Origin: Octopus sinensis
Lineage: Eukaryota
Assembly (NCBI RefSeq): GCF_006345805.1
Contig: NC_043008.1
Location: 19,964,001-20,028,000, forward strand
Direction of reading: 5' to 3'
DNA: 64,000 nt
The notes beneath the pieces were generated by a model that worked only from the letters and a program-made list of their open reading frames with translations, ran no database searches and was not told where the DNA came from. A program made the translations under genes and the position numbers. Shown here piece after piece: positions 24,276-38,082 of this stretch; the stretch's first letter is position 1; every line of letters begins with the position of its first letter.

Positions 24276-25084
24276 TATATATATAAAGATACACAATTTA
24301 TAGATAACACAGTACCGAGGATACTTTCAAAGCAAACGAACTGTAGAAAATGTTGCTTTGCATATATATCTTTTCTCCTTAAAACTGATTCAATATTCCC
24401 ATGCATCATGCAGTTACTTTTCAAACGATATATTGACAGCATGACACTTCTCTTTGTAGTTTATATTGTTTCTATATTATCTCATGTTTAAAATATGCAA
24501 CACAATCATTTCACTATCACCTTGTGTACGATATTATGTTTGAAATTTTTTTCCACTTTCTAGCGAACTTATGAAACTCAAGAAAATTATAGTATTCTTC
24601 TCTTTTTCTAACGAACAGATAAAACTAAGTTTTATATGACAGATTCATAGAAGATAGAACATACTTTAATTTTTTTCACTTCGTAGTTTACAAAACAATT
24701 CGACTACTTACTTAAGTAACCATATTCTGTTTATATCATCTAAATCATCCGTGCTGTATCATTAAAATTTATGAAAATGAATTCGCTAGACGTCAGCTTC
24801 TATTTTTCTTTATTAAATTTGGATTACTACAGTCCATGGTTTACAGTAGTTTTTCAAGTTGTCTAACATCTCTACCTTTCTATATTTTCATATAATAATA
24901 TTTTACAATCGTATGTTACAATCAGAAACAATATTTTAAAATCAGACTTTAGGTTACAGTAATTTGAATTTAGTAACTTATTTATCCCGTTTTGTAACTT
25001 TTGGGATTTTATGTTGCGTTTCAAACGATCAAATATGCCTCTCGAGCCCTAGAAGGACCCATATGTGACAAGCAATTATTAATA

Positions 25085-25470
25085 TTGTTACAGTCAGGTC
25101 GTCCATGAAGGCTATTATCAGTGGCTGCTGCTCACCGGATTTTGCCGAGTTCTGTCTGATGACGTTAATACCATTTCATAGCAACAGCAAAAAGGATTAC
25201 TGAAAAGGTGAAGCCAGTTATAATACTCGTTTCCAGCCTGTGACGCGCGATTCCTATGGATACAAAATCAATTCTGTATCTGGAATTTGCACTTATAAGT
25301 CAGAATCATGTTGCCGAGCTTTCTGGAACCTGGTGCCTTTCAAGAGCTTCCTCTACTAGCTACTATATCATGGGCTCGTAGGTATATTCGAAGTCCAGAT
25401 ATAGATCCAGCAGATCTATTTTATTTTTCTTAGCCTCTCTTAGCTGCAGCTCGTTCATATGTTACTGGTA
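25085..25470 (-). mobile_element. Degenerate RT fragment of a HERO-like RLE non-LTR element
   Basis: Minus-strand patches REAKKNKIDL..LD, ALERHQVPE, RLETSIITGFTFSVIL and AFMDDLT follow the order of HERO RT motifs; alignment by eye. Confidence 0.6.
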
Positions 25471-25536
25471 AAGTTTTATAGATTTATTTAAATCACTAAT
25501 GTGCAAACGTTTCCATAACGGTATTAATATACGTTC

Positions 25537-25949
25537 GAGCTGGCAGAAACGTTAGCACGCCGGGCGAAATGCTTAGCGGTATTTCGTCTGCGTTACGTTG
25601 TGAGTTCAAATTCCGCAGAGGTCGACTTTGCCTTTCATCCTTTCGGGGTCGATAAATTAAGTACCAGTTACGCACTGGGGTCGATGTAATCGACTTAATA
25701 CCTATGTCTGTCCTTGTTTGTCCCCTCTGTGTTTAGCCCCTTGTGGGTAATAAAGAAATAGAAATAGGTATTTCGTCTGCGTTACGTTGTGAGTTCAAAT
25801 TCCGCCGAGGTCGACTTTGTCTTTCATCCTTTCGGGGTCGATAAATTAAGTACCAGTTACCCACTGGGGTCGACGTAATCGACTTAATACCTATGTCTGT
25901 CCTTGTTTGTCCCCTCTATGTGTAGCCCCTTGTGGGTAATAAAGAAATA
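25537..25949 (+). mobile_element. SINE-A dimer (head-body-body) with 21-bp TSD
   Basis: GGTATTAATATACGTTCGAGC at 25520-25540 and 25950-25970; the second body starts at the internal GGTATTTCG at 25767. Confidence 0.9.
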
Positions 25950-27085
25950 GGTATTAATATACGTTCGAGCAATAAGTAGCCGATTCTTTCTCACCGCACA
26001 CATGGTGGTGTTCCTATAGTTTCTGCTTACAAATTATACATAGAACAGTTTCACGTCGGAGACTATAGTAGATGCCATCGTAGTGGAATTGCATCTGGCA
26101 CCATGGGATTAGGAGGAAGATTTTTAAAGACGCACCCCTCATGCTTTCAAATTGTATATTTATGGAACATGTTTCCAATGTAGAAACACTCTGGAACTTC
26201 TTGTATTTTGTCTCTTAATATTTTATTCGCACTTTCCTGTCTGAAACTTTGCTTGTTGCTTATATGATCCGTGTAAAGCTAACGACAGCTTAATGGCCAC
26301 TGGTCCCATATATTGTCCGTTTCATATTACCTCAATTTTCCTTTAAAACATTTATTTCTAGGAATTGTTTTATGCAAAGAAAGAGCTCCGATATAGCAGA
26401 ATTGTTGGAGTGTCGGGCATAATCCTTGGTGGCTTTTTCATTAGGATTTTCATTCAAATTCTATGGGGATCTCATTCTTTTGCGGTTAACAAAATACGTG
26501 CCAATCGTGCACTGACTAGCTAACCCTAAAAATACTGACCTTGTGCCAACATTTCAAGCAATTTTATATGCAGACGTAGATGCTTCGGTTGCTGGGTATC
26601 CACTTAACCGTTTTTATGTGGTATGTATACTAATAAATACATATTTTAATATAGTATTTTCTAAACTTACCCAATTATTGAAAATCATGGTAGGTATTAG
26701 ATATCGATTCCATGACTATCTGCCTCCATTTCATTTTAGACAACTTTAACCCGCTTGGAACTGGGAACATTTATTGTTTATAGCCAAATGTTTAGAATTA
26801 TTCGATAAAAAATTGCTTGTGTTCGTATAGGAGATCACCATATGTTTGTTTGAGTTATTATCCCTATTGATACTACCTAATGTTTCACTATGCGCTCCCT
26901 CGCGTTACGGAGTTAGAAGGTGATATGGGATTGTGAAGTAACGTATAAACAAACTTTCCACATCTAAATTATGAGACAACACCATTACAAAGCTATCGAC
27001 TGCTAATTGAATTATCATTAGGACACTGAAATAGTTTGGCTGCTATAATTGTAAGTTATTTATCTTAATATACTCGACTTCTTAT

Positions 27086-27298
27086 AAGGTAGCGATCTGG
27101 TAGAATCGTTATCGCACCGAACTAATGCTTAGCGGCATTTCGTCCTTCCGTTCTGAGTTCAACTTCCGCCGGGGTCGACGTTGCTTTCCATCTTTCGAAG
27201 TCGATAACATAGCTACCATTTGAACATTTCCGTCGATGAAATTCCTTCATCCTCTGCCACTAAATTTCTAGTCATGTGCTAAAATTGGAAATCAATAT
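27086..27298 (+). mobile_element. Degenerate SINE A'
   Basis: ATGCTTAGCGGCATTTCGTC..TTCTGAGTTCAACTTCCGCCGGGGTCGAC. Confidence 0.7.
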
Positions 27299-27334
27299 AT
27301 TCGACTTCTTCGGTTTGTTGATTCTTGTGTAACC

Positions 27335-27551
27335 TATTTCTTTACTGCCCACACGGGGCTAAACAGAGAGAGGACAAACAAGGACAGACAAACGAATTAA
27401 GTCGATTGTATCGACCCCAGTGCGTAACTGATACTTATTTAATCGACCCCGAAAGGCTGAAAGGTAAAGTCGACCTCGGCGGAATTTGAACTCAGAACGT
27501 AGCAGCTAAGTATTTCGCCCGGTGTGCTAACGTTTCTGCCAGCTCGCCGCC
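27335..27551 (-). mobile_element. SINE family A, full length, 11-bp TSD
   Basis: CTTGTGTAACC at 27324-27334 and 27551-27561. Confidence 0.9.
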
Positions 27552-29569
27552 TTGTGTAACCCATTATTAGTTTTAATTAAAGAGAAAAGATTTATGCCGA
27601 TGAATGTTTTAGATACCGTTAAATATTGTATCTAGTTATTCAGTATTCCATATATCCTTACCATTTCATTTGTCTAATTGTATTTGGTAGCCCTTTCTAG
27701 CAGATGGAATGCCAACCATTGTGTTCGTAAAAAATTATGCCGTATCGTAGTTGCCTTTATGGATTCTTTAAACAAAATGGCCGCTAATAATTTTAATTAA
27801 ATCCTCGACGAATAGGAATTCTGAATGTTTTCTTTTAATAATAAATTATAGTTCATTAATGTAAACAATATGACGCTGAAAACAATTATTAGAACTTCAG
27901 GAAAGGCATAGAATTATATAAACCAGAAAAGTGTACTTTCTCCTTTAAAATGAAATTAGATATCTTCGAAATAGAATTGTAATAATTTACTGCTGTATCT
28001 GATAGTGTTAATTTATTTCAAAATTATAACTATTCGAAAAGATATTTAAAGGAATTATATAGTTCTATATTGAAAACGGTCGTGGGTGTTTTAGAAATCA
28101 CAAACAAGCCATTGTTTTATACAGTACACAATTAATGTTCACGTGTAAAATATCGGTTTAATGCCTTACGTTGCTATAATATCATAAATGATAATTTCAC
28201 TTCTAAATGATATTTTCACTTACATTTTCATGAACAAAAGCATTGCTTTTTCTTTTTATGAGTCACACATATTTATATTTTAAAAGATTGAAAATGGAGG
28301 ACGGCCGAGTTATTTCTATCCTATTTACATTATAAATGACATATAGGAAGTAATTATTATTTTCTCTGCGAATGAAAACTGAATGCGATAGGAAGGCTAT
28401 GAAGTCATTAATGATTTTAATATATCGCTAAATATATCAACGTTAATATGTTTTCTTTAATTAGGTCTGGTTATCCAATATGAGACGAGAGTAATTGGGA
28501 AGCCATGAAGGTTTAGAATATTTTTTGTGCGTGTGTTTTTGCTGCCATAGACAAAAAAAAACGAACTAAAGTGTGGAGCAAAATCAGGACAGTCGTAGAG
28601 ATTATTGAAACCTCATTTCTTATTAAAACGTGATATCACGATGATTTCATTTAGGAACGCTTCCACGTTGCTTGTATAGACTAAGCCCTGGAGAAGAGAA
28701 CATTTCGTTGGAAAAAGAGAATGGAACAGTATTCACGTGGTGTAGCGAAATGTTTAAAGAAACGGCTTCTGAATCAAGTTATCGACCTCAAAATTACTTC
28801 TTATTCTAAAGATCGGATAAGCTACAATATATAGAGCGAATGAGGTCCCGGTACAACTTGACATGTAGATATCGGCTCTCATAACGTTCAATTACTTTAT
28901 CGCACACGATAATAACTACTAATGATCTAACTACAAATTATGTACTTAATAGTACACTTGAGTCTATATATCTTTTTAATTGCAAATTACGCTTAAATGT
29001 TTACTTATTTGAAGGCAATGTTAATTACAAAGTTCAACAATTTTAATATGCTGTATTCACGTACAATTTTATTGAGACATATCTGTCCTATAATCATTCA
29101 GTACAGTTCAATGATGATTTAGTAATAAAATCAATAAATTGATAGAATAGCAGGTAAGCTATCGAGAAGCTTGCAGCACTTATCTGTCCAATGATATTAC
29201 TGAGTGCTGTGCATTTGCGAAAAGGAAACTAGACGTTCGATTATTTACTACTGTATAAATATGATACAGTAATATCCGCTTCATGATATCACTATAAAGT
29301 TTACGAATATCTCCTATATACACGATGTTTAGAGCAACTTTATGTGAAAAGAAGTCCGCGCAAGATGATTCATTCTAAATGATTTGTTCTAAGACTGTTA
29401 GAAATCCTTTACTAAACTGAAACCCTTGGAATCACCACAATGTCATTGCTTTTTAACCACTAATTGTTTCAGTATCTGTGAGACTATAACTGTATTATAA
29501 TGGATTCGAAATTTACAACGTCAGTATAATGAACATTGAAAGAGATGTGTTTTACTTGCGTATATCTAA

Positions 29570-31120
29570 CACTAGGTAACAAGCAAAGCAATTTTGTTCT
29601 CTGGTGTTGGATGCATGTTTCCTAGCAATTTTATGGTACTGATTCCAAAAATGAAATCCATTTTATTCAGTTACCTCTTTTAATCACTTTTAATTGTTAC
29701 AGTCATTTTAATGTGGCCACGTTGGAGCACCGCCTTTAGTAGAGCAAATCGACACCAGGATTTATTCTTTGTAAGTTTAGTACTTATTCCATCGGTCTCT
29801 TTTTGCCGAACCGCTAAGTTACATGGACGTAAACACACCAGCATCGGTTTTCAAGCGACGCGTTGGTCTGCATAGAGCTTGACATAGTTTGAAATGTCAT
29901 TTATAGCAAATATAACTACAAAAGTGAAAAGCAAAATAATATTTGTGAAATTTGTCTGCAGATATGCTCACGCTGTGCTTGATTTAGTATAACTATCATT
30001 GGAAACCAAGTGAGACGTATCTTATCGAACATTTAAGTATTTCTTATGAAAAGTGGTATTTCGAACGCGCTATTAATGTTTTTATTGTGAGGGCACATTC
30101 AGTTTTTGTTTAGCATTGAGCATTGTCGGAGAAATTATGCTATTTTCTATCACAAATTTTCATTTGCTTTGCATTTATAACTTAGCATGATTATATGTTT
30201 TGTATTTTAGAATACGGCCAGTTACAAGAGAAGAAATTTTTAAAAAAACAGCCCCATGTCTTCTATATCAGTGGTGGTTACACTTTGTTTTGTGAAACAA
30301 ACAGATTTTGTGAAAAGTGCCTATCTTACTTTGGCATGTATCTGAGTGATCAAGACGAAGCGTGGGCACCTCTTATGTTTTGTAAAACATATGTTGAAAC
30401 AACGAAACAGTGACTGTTTTAAATTTTTAAGCTGAAAGTTTCCAGCTTTATCTTATGAGAAAATTGAGTTTGCTGTGTTTCACGGGGCACAAATTTTGTG
30501 GTTATTGAAGACAGAACAGTTTTTGGAAACCATGTATGGATGTGATAAATAAACATATAATACTTTGCAGCAGTTTTGTCTGATTTCTTGGAAAACAGAA
30601 ATCCATCAAATTATGAAGATCTTGCGCAGACTATGTTAACCAGTGTTCGAGCCCTTAGCTGCAATAAGAGTGTAAAACTATTTCCTGCACAGTCATCTGG
30701 ACTACTTCCCTAAAAACTATAATACAATGGAGTTGTTAGCAAGGAGATAAAATCTACCCAGACATCTAGACGATGGAGACTTGGTATCAAGGCAAGTGGA
30801 ACACAAACATTATAGCTGACTACTGTTCACCTCTGCAAAGAGACTCTCCTGATGTAAGATGTTGAAGCATAGCAGCAAAAATGAAGTTCACTCCTTGATT
30901 AGCTGAAATTCTACTTTGACAGGAGTATTTCTCCTAAGATATATACTTCAGTAGTTTGTGTAATATAATTATTACACAATAAAATGCATTATTTGATTTG
31001 TATTCATTTCTTAGTTCAGAATTACATGTAATGGCAAAATTTACTAAATAATGAATTCCTGTTTAACAAAAACCTTGATGTGGAACCCAGAACCCAGAAC
31101 AAATTAGGCGGGGTTAATTG
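29570..31120 (+). mobile_element. Internally deleted, degenerate Chapaev3-like (CMC) DNA transposon
   Basis: N-terminal patch PHVFYISGGYTL..YFGMYLSDQDEAWAPLMFCKT and C-terminal patch NYEDL..L.C..S..FLHSHLDYFPKN..METWYQGKWNT..IADYC match this widespread transposase family; begins with CAC. Ends and family name are recalled, not searched. Confidence 0.6.
29675..29858 (-). mobile_element. 3' half of SINE B inserted in the Chapaev3-like element
   Basis: GGAGCACCGCCTTTAGT..TTTTTGCCGAACCGCTAAG..GGACGTAAACACACCAGCATCGG. Confidence 0.85.
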
Positions 31121-32112
31121 TAAAAAGCAAGACAAGTAAACGTTTTTTCCAATAAAATAGTTATTTAAAAAAGGTATGACCAGCACTATTTCTTGCAGAG
31201 AAGCAATGCACTTCAGTGTATAATGAGAGTGGGCTGTAGAAAGATAGTCTGACATGACAAATGAAAATTCATCGTAAATTCGAAATCGGTCAAATTTAGA
31301 CTAAATCAAGTGAAACGTAAACTCAACAGAAATTAAGTTCAAAATCGTAGCCTTGTATAATCTCTGCTAGGATAACCTCATTTCTCGGTGTCAATTATTT
31401 AAATAAGAATATTTCATTCTCTCAGTGACTCCAATTACACATATTACAACTGTAAGAAACCAAAAAAGAGAATGGATACATTTTTTCTCTGTCAAGTGTT
31501 ATTGCAAATGGATTACTGAAAAGAGGAAGATAGTGGATTGAAGCGTATTTGAGGATGGCAATTGAATAGTTTGAGAACGTATTGCAGAGTGGGTGCTTAT
31601 TCTAATGTAATGACATAGCAGATTATATCTGGAGTAGAAGTAAAAAATAAAAAAGTGCAGAAGTGATAAAGAAAGAGAGTATAAGACAAAGAGAGAGAGA
31701 GAGACAGAGAGAGTGACGGAGAAAGAGAGGGTTTTTTTCTCCGTTATTCAAAGTGGAGGCATGTTTATGTTAATATTTCAAAATAGAATTATTTGAGAAA
31801 ACCCTTTCAATTTTATGTATTGTTTAGTTCGAAATAGAGGAAAGTGGTTTGATGGATTGACATTGTCAGTACATATTTACAGGTTTGAAATTGCTTGCAC
31901 GATTATGTTTGCATTTTCACTAGAATTTGTACTGCTAACATTATTTTAGTCTTATGTGTCAAGATTTCGAGAACATCTCCCGCAATATTCGGGTAATACT
32001 GGTCAGGGACAAATTAAATTCTCTCTTCGCAGAAATACTATTTAAATTGTAGTCTTGTGAGTCTACCTGTTTCAAAATAGACATTGGCTGTCGGACAGAT
32101 TTTAACGATATA

Positions 32113-32234
32113 CTGGGTTGTCCGAAAAGTTCGTGCCGATTTTTAAAGTAAAGAAAAAGGTCAATAAATACTTGTCATTACATTTTTAATCAACCAAATA
32201 TGAACCAGTTTGCTGCACAATGCGTCTCCATCTT
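32113..32234 (-). mobile_element. Mariner terminal fragment, same family as 55400-55964
   Basis: TA followed by CTGGGTTGTCCGAAAAGTTCGTGCCGATTTTTAAAG..; colinear with 55400-55520. Confidence 0.85.
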
Positions 32235-32639
32235 AAAACGCATTACTTCATCTTCTACTCCCTCTGGTCCACCTATGTGAGGAAAATAATACTGCAAGGG
32301 TTGTCTTAAAACTTAAGGAGCTGTATTATCCGATTGTTCATAGGCCCTACGTTATAACAACTCCCTGAAAGTTATATATAATTATTCTTGAAACATTAAG
32401 TGCGTGTTTTCTATCTTCAATGCCAGACATAACAACGGCAATTTTATGTCAGATAATCTAGTACAATATTATAATGCCAACATCTATTCAGAGTTTATAA
32501 AGAATTTCGCCGTAAACATTTTTGCCGTAGGAAATTTTGTTTTAAATAAATTCATCACGTTTTTATAACAATTGAAGTCGAATAAAAATTTGCCTAATAA
32601 TTGAGTTTAGAAGACATTTTATTAACTTTTATTACCTTT

Positions 32640-33006
32640 TATAACCTCTTTCCTTAGGCAGAGGTATTGTTTCAGTCGTGTTTGTTTGTTTATCCGTGGA
32701 CAAGATATCTCAAGAACCGCTGAATGGATCCGGATGAAACTTTTAGGAACGTTTGACCTCGTGACTGGCACGAACTTATTAGATTTGGGTATCGATCCAA
32801 TATCGGACAAGGATTCTAGATTACTTTTCCGTTTTTTTTTTTAAATTCAATTTTTGTGAGCAGTCGGATTCATAATTAGTATTCTCGTTTGTGAGAGCAG
32901 TCGAGTTTTTTCAGATATTCTCATTTTAAAAATCATTTCTGGTTAATCGTTGAGAAGACGTTTGTGTTGCCTTGGCGGAGGTTTGCGCTCTCTGAGCGCT
33001 CTTGTT
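32640..33006 (+). mobile_element. Non-autonomous Helentron/HINE (DINE-1-like) element
   Basis: 5' ACCTCT..AGAGGT inverted repeat, (GTTT)n, CGCTGAATGGATCCGGATGAAACTT core, 3' sub-TIR CCTTGGCGGAGGT, 3' hairpin GCGCTC-TCT-GAGCGC, T-rich ends. Confidence 0.7.
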
Positions 33007-33139
33007 ATTCTTATTTTATTTTTTAAAATGCTAATATAATACAATTTGCCATGGTCTATTACGGCAGAATTTCTTGCTTCAACTTTTCCGGACACTCAAC
33101 TCATGCATATTAAAAAAAATATCCTACTGATAGTTACTA

Positions 33140-33720
33140 ACAGCTTTTGTTAGTTTGTAAAAAATGTATTGCTTTCACCTGCAGGGATAAATGAAAAGAT
33201 CCCACGACATCTCGAGGCTGTTAACATTCCTTTGAAACTGCTGTAGTGGACACTCTAGATAGATGGAGGCTTGAGCGAAGGCTCAATGTTTTGAAGTGAC
33301 AGAGCGGAACCGTCGGTGTGAGCCTGGTTGCTGAAATTAGTAAGGTTGAATTTAGGAGAGAGGAGCAATTCGGAAATGCATGACTAGAGGTTGATAAATG
33401 TATAAAACCTCGAAGAACAGAGGAAATTATAGAAGTACTAGAAAAAAGCGAGCGGTGGGGAGGTAGGACGTTTTTGCACCAGAGTTTGATGTTTCTGTTC
33501 TAATACATCGAGCGGCATTTCTTCTCTATACGCGGTCTAGAATGCATTTGCGTGTAAGTTCAACACTCATCTAAGCGTGAAAACAGGTCTCAATTGTGAG
33601 TTTCACTTGAGCTCTGTAATGTTATCTTCGCATGTTAGGAATTGATGTATTTATTTGTTCAGAAAGCAAGAACAAATCTTTGCGATGAAGAATAAATACT
33701 CGGTAGTAGTCGTGCTAAAT
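33140..33720 (-). mobile_element. Degenerate CR1/Jockey-group LINE 3' end
   Basis: Minus-strand patches HILDRV..AARCI, FY.F....CISELL and LQQFQRNVNSL in the order expected for such ORF2 ends. Confidence 0.5.
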
Positions 33721-35336
33721 ATTTTGATAGTCTGTCGATCTCTTACTTTTTGGTGGTTATGTTCATGGGACATCAGTCTTTCTTTATATGAATTGTATTT
33801 AAGAATTTGTTTTCCAGGAAAGAAAAACGCATGACAGTACTGTAGACATATGGATGACGAAAATATTTGTCTACTTAAAAAAAAATGAAATTAGTCACTA
33901 AAATAAAACGACACCAATAAACAATATGAGATTGTTTTTTGGCAAACACAACAAAGACTGTATGTTGTGAAATCATGCTACAGACAGAAAGAGACAAAAA
34001 GTTTAGATATTTAAAACGGATTCTATAGCTATAGATAAAAAAGGTGTTTCTAAATCTAGAATCTAGTAACCAAAATACCGTTATATCTAGACCGATAGAA
34101 TATATAATATTCACTTAGATCAAAGTATACCTCAGCCACAGATGTCTGGTTCAAAACAGAAGCTTCACATAATATATCACGCGTTTCATGTTAAATGTTG
34201 CAGTATGGTGCAATAAATATCGTCAAATATATTCATATATAGTTTTTAGATTTTAAGAGTGAAGCTTGGGCAAACATGGGTATCGAAAACTATATTTTCT
34301 TATACCTTATGCTCTTTTTCTTCTGTTTTGTGAATATGAGTTGCCTCTAGGTAGATATCGGCTAAATCAATCAAGAATTGAATTAAATATAAATATGTAT
34401 TTATTGTTAGACAGATGATTCGAAGGTGGAAACTTCGTGTAGCTCTGAGTTAAGACACATCCGTGCATGGGGGTGTGCTTATATATGTGCAATACCTGAA
34501 AGAGCACGGTGAGTGGTCATTCGTTATGTAGAGCAATCGATCCCGTTCGACAGCTTCTTCAGTTATCGTATGTTACCAATTGCCGCAAACATGCTAAACG
34601 TTTTCTAAGTTGTGAATTAATTAGAAACAAGTATAAAAGCTACATCGTTGTATCTATGATATTTAAAACACACAGGTTTGTACAATTAAGTTTTATGACC
34701 ATAAAGATCTTACACAATACTCCATTGTACACTGTTTCTTAACTGTGAACTTGATAATTTATTATTATTTTTTATTTTTACAAAATTGTCCTTCTTTTAA
34801 TAAATATTTAAAAAGAAATTTCTGGCAGAACATTTAAAAATATATGTAATTTGTTTTCTATTATTCTCTTTCATCTAAATTGATTTTATTCAAACTATCA
34901 TTCGTCACAATGTTTCTCGAGCTTATTTGCCTTTAGCTTGACATCTAACATTTGCATTTCTCTGAAGCTATTTGGCCATTAACAATGGAGGTACATTGAA
35001 CTGTCTATTGATGAATATTCTTTACATTGTGGATGTAATTTGTTTCCTGCGTCAAAAACAATTCATGTATAGTCTCCGTAAACATACTGCGAATCTAATT
35101 ACCCTATGTGCCTGTTTCCTTTTGTGTTGGAGTCTATGTACAATTGTCTGCATCAACATTATCATTTTCATCGCTTTATATCAAGAACTTATACCATTTA
35201 ATTCATGTATATGTTCTAAGGTGAGAATATAAGCTTAAACCTGATATAAAATTCAATGGCAAGAAGATCAAAATTGAAGTGCAGCTAACCTCAAATGGCA
35301 TCGCTGTCGGATGACCATTGTCTTTCAACATCTCCT

Positions 35337-35401
<65 letters not shown>

Positions 35402-35496
35402 TTACCTATCAATCTATCAATCAATCTATCTCCTCTTCACATTTATTTAAACAATATTGCATCTAACATACATGACAAATATTTTCTTCGAGAATA

Positions 35497-35911
35497 GGAG
35501 CAGGAGTGGCTGTGTTGTAAGTAGCTTGCTTACCCACCAAGTGGTTCCGGGTTCAGTCCCACTGCGTGGCACCTTGGGCAACTGTCTTCTACTATAGCCT
35601 CGGGGCGAATAAAGCCTTGTGAGTGAATTTGGTAGACGGAAACTGAACGAATCCCGTCGTATATATGTATATGTATACATATGTGTGCGCGTTTGTGTGT
35701 CCGTTATGGCCCCGCAACATCGCTTGACAACTGATACTGGTGTGTTTACGTCTCCGTAACATAGCGGTTCGACAAAAGAGACCGATAGAATAAGTATTAT
35801 GCTTACAAAGAACAAGTCCTGATGTCGATTTGCTCGACTAAAGGCTGTACTCCAACATGGCTGCCGTCAAATGACTGAAACAATTAAAAGAGTAAAAGAG
35901 AAAAGAGAGTA
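35497..35911 (+). mobile_element. SINE family B, full length, diverged
   Basis: Colinear with 388-796. Confidence 0.9.
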
Positions 35912-36329
35912 ATAGCTGGTCAAATGCATAGCGGTTCCTTAGGGGAGTACAAATGTTAGAGACTTTGAAAGGTCGCTTCATTGCAACTTATCTCGCCGTC
36001 TCGGAGCAATTACTGGTCATGATCTTTCCAATAATTCTCCATACATATGCAACCTTGGCAATCTATGTTTGGTATTACTTCAAGTCGGGAACCTCATCGA
36101 AGCTTCTAATTTTATACATGAGCTTCCTTGCTATTTAACCTATACTAATGAAAAAATTCGTAATTCGCTTTTCCAACAATTGTCCAACATCGTTCGTAGC
36201 TTTCTCAGATGGAAACATTCCAAAATTTTATCCCTTTTTCAAGAATCTAAAATGACTCACACTCCAACATGATGAAAAGAACAAATTATATAGCAGAAGA
36301 CTACAAACTGCCGTTGTTGGGAAATAACT

Positions 36330-37260
36330 ATCGTATACATGTAAGGAAAAGTTGTACTTATATTGCTTGTCTATCAGAGAAGAGTGGATCATTCTTAAAT
36401 GAATGGTGATTTATGATGGTTCACTCTATGGACAGGAATCAGATGGTCTTGATGAACGCTATCACACATTAGTGATACTAGTTACAGAAAGACTTAAGTC
36501 AAACTTCGCAAGTGTTTGTAGTAAACTAACTTCAGGAAATCAACGAGGAATTAGATATTTGCAGAATAACTGATTTTAAAAATCTAAAACGTTTGAAAGA
36601 CAAATATTTGCGCCGGCAGGATGGATCGCATCAAATAAGTGATTTCCAATTTATTGGACAATTATTTGGGAACTGCAAGAACGAATCTATCTATACCAAT
36701 CATTCTAATACTGAAAAGAAGCGAAATTTATTTAATCACACGTTAGATGCACCACCTGAGTGTATCGACATTTCCCCACCCAAAATACCTCCCTCCACAC
36801 CTGGATGTTTCTATCCTTTGAATAACAACATACAATGGTGATAGCAACTCTGCAAAAGTATAAATAAGCCTCCATCTCTGAAATGAAGTAGAAATCAATC
36901 ACCCTATATAAGAAGGCACAGTGTGTCTCCTAATAAGGAAACCCTATTAAACTCTATTATTCTAATGATTTTTAATGATATTCAAAGAAGTGCAATATTC
37001 AATAAATTAGAATCATGTAAACTTCAGAGGTATCGCTTTTCTTGTTACAGCTGGTAAGATTTTAACAAAACTCACTCTTGGTTCCCGTTCCAGGACATCA
37101 TTACATTGTAGAGGATTACGATTCATTACTACGTTGTCCATTTGTATGTCTCTTGAACGTTTCGAACGCTCGTCCCGCTTCTTAAGAGTTCTCATATCAC
37201 TACATGATAATATGACAAAGGACCTATTCTTCAGGGGAAAAATTTGTTCGCCACCTCCTT
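36330..37260 (+). mobile_element. Very old RTE-like LINE relic (APE and RT patches)
   Basis: Patches IACLSE (APE), LYKK, FRGIAFLVTAGKILTKL (RT domain 1-2) and FLRVLISLHDNM. Confidence 0.45.
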
Positions 37261-37841
37261 AATATCACTGGTATTAAACAGAGTGATGTTTATACTCCTG
37301 TTTGATGTTTTTTATAATTATAATCCGTGTTGCAAACAATATTACATATAGCAGAAATTTCCTCCAGAATTATTACTATAGAGATATATTTTAAGCTGTA
37401 GAGAATCCAAACATCAGGACGACACTGATACCATTACACATTCTCCCTTTAATACGTTGAAGATAATACCGTTAGAATCGAGAAAATTAAAGACAAATTC
37501 CGGACACTTCTTTGTGCAACCAAGGGATTTATTCTTTTTGGTTATCAAGTTGAAAATTAATATTTTAAAAAAAGAACACATTTTTCGTGGAATCTACATT
37601 AGAAGCACCTTCGCTTGAAATGAAAACTCATGGGCAATTCGAAGAAAGTAGCGGGTAGTTTCTTCCTGGTCAATGATGCACCTCTCTATAATGCCGTAAA
37701 CACTCCGAGCTCAAAATTAGAACTGAGATTACCCCCAGAGGAAAAAAATGGAAGGTCTGTTATTGGAAACTAATCGATTTTAGATGGACCATTGTTGACA
37801 ATAATGATAATTAATCATAATTTACAATGTTAGATATTCTA

Positions 37842-37989
37842 ACACACACACACACACACACATATGTATGTATGAATGTAAATATGACTGTGTATGTGTG
37901 TGCATGTGTGTAATAGGCATATACACACATACATATATATATATATGTATATATAGAGATAGATAGATAAATAGATAGATAGATAGATG

Positions 37990-38057
<68 letters not shown>

Positions 38058-38082
38058 TATAGATAGATAGATAGATAGATAC
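37842..38082. repeat. (CA)n/(TA)n/(GATA)n compound microsatellite
   Basis: Read directly from the sequence. Confidence 0.95.
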
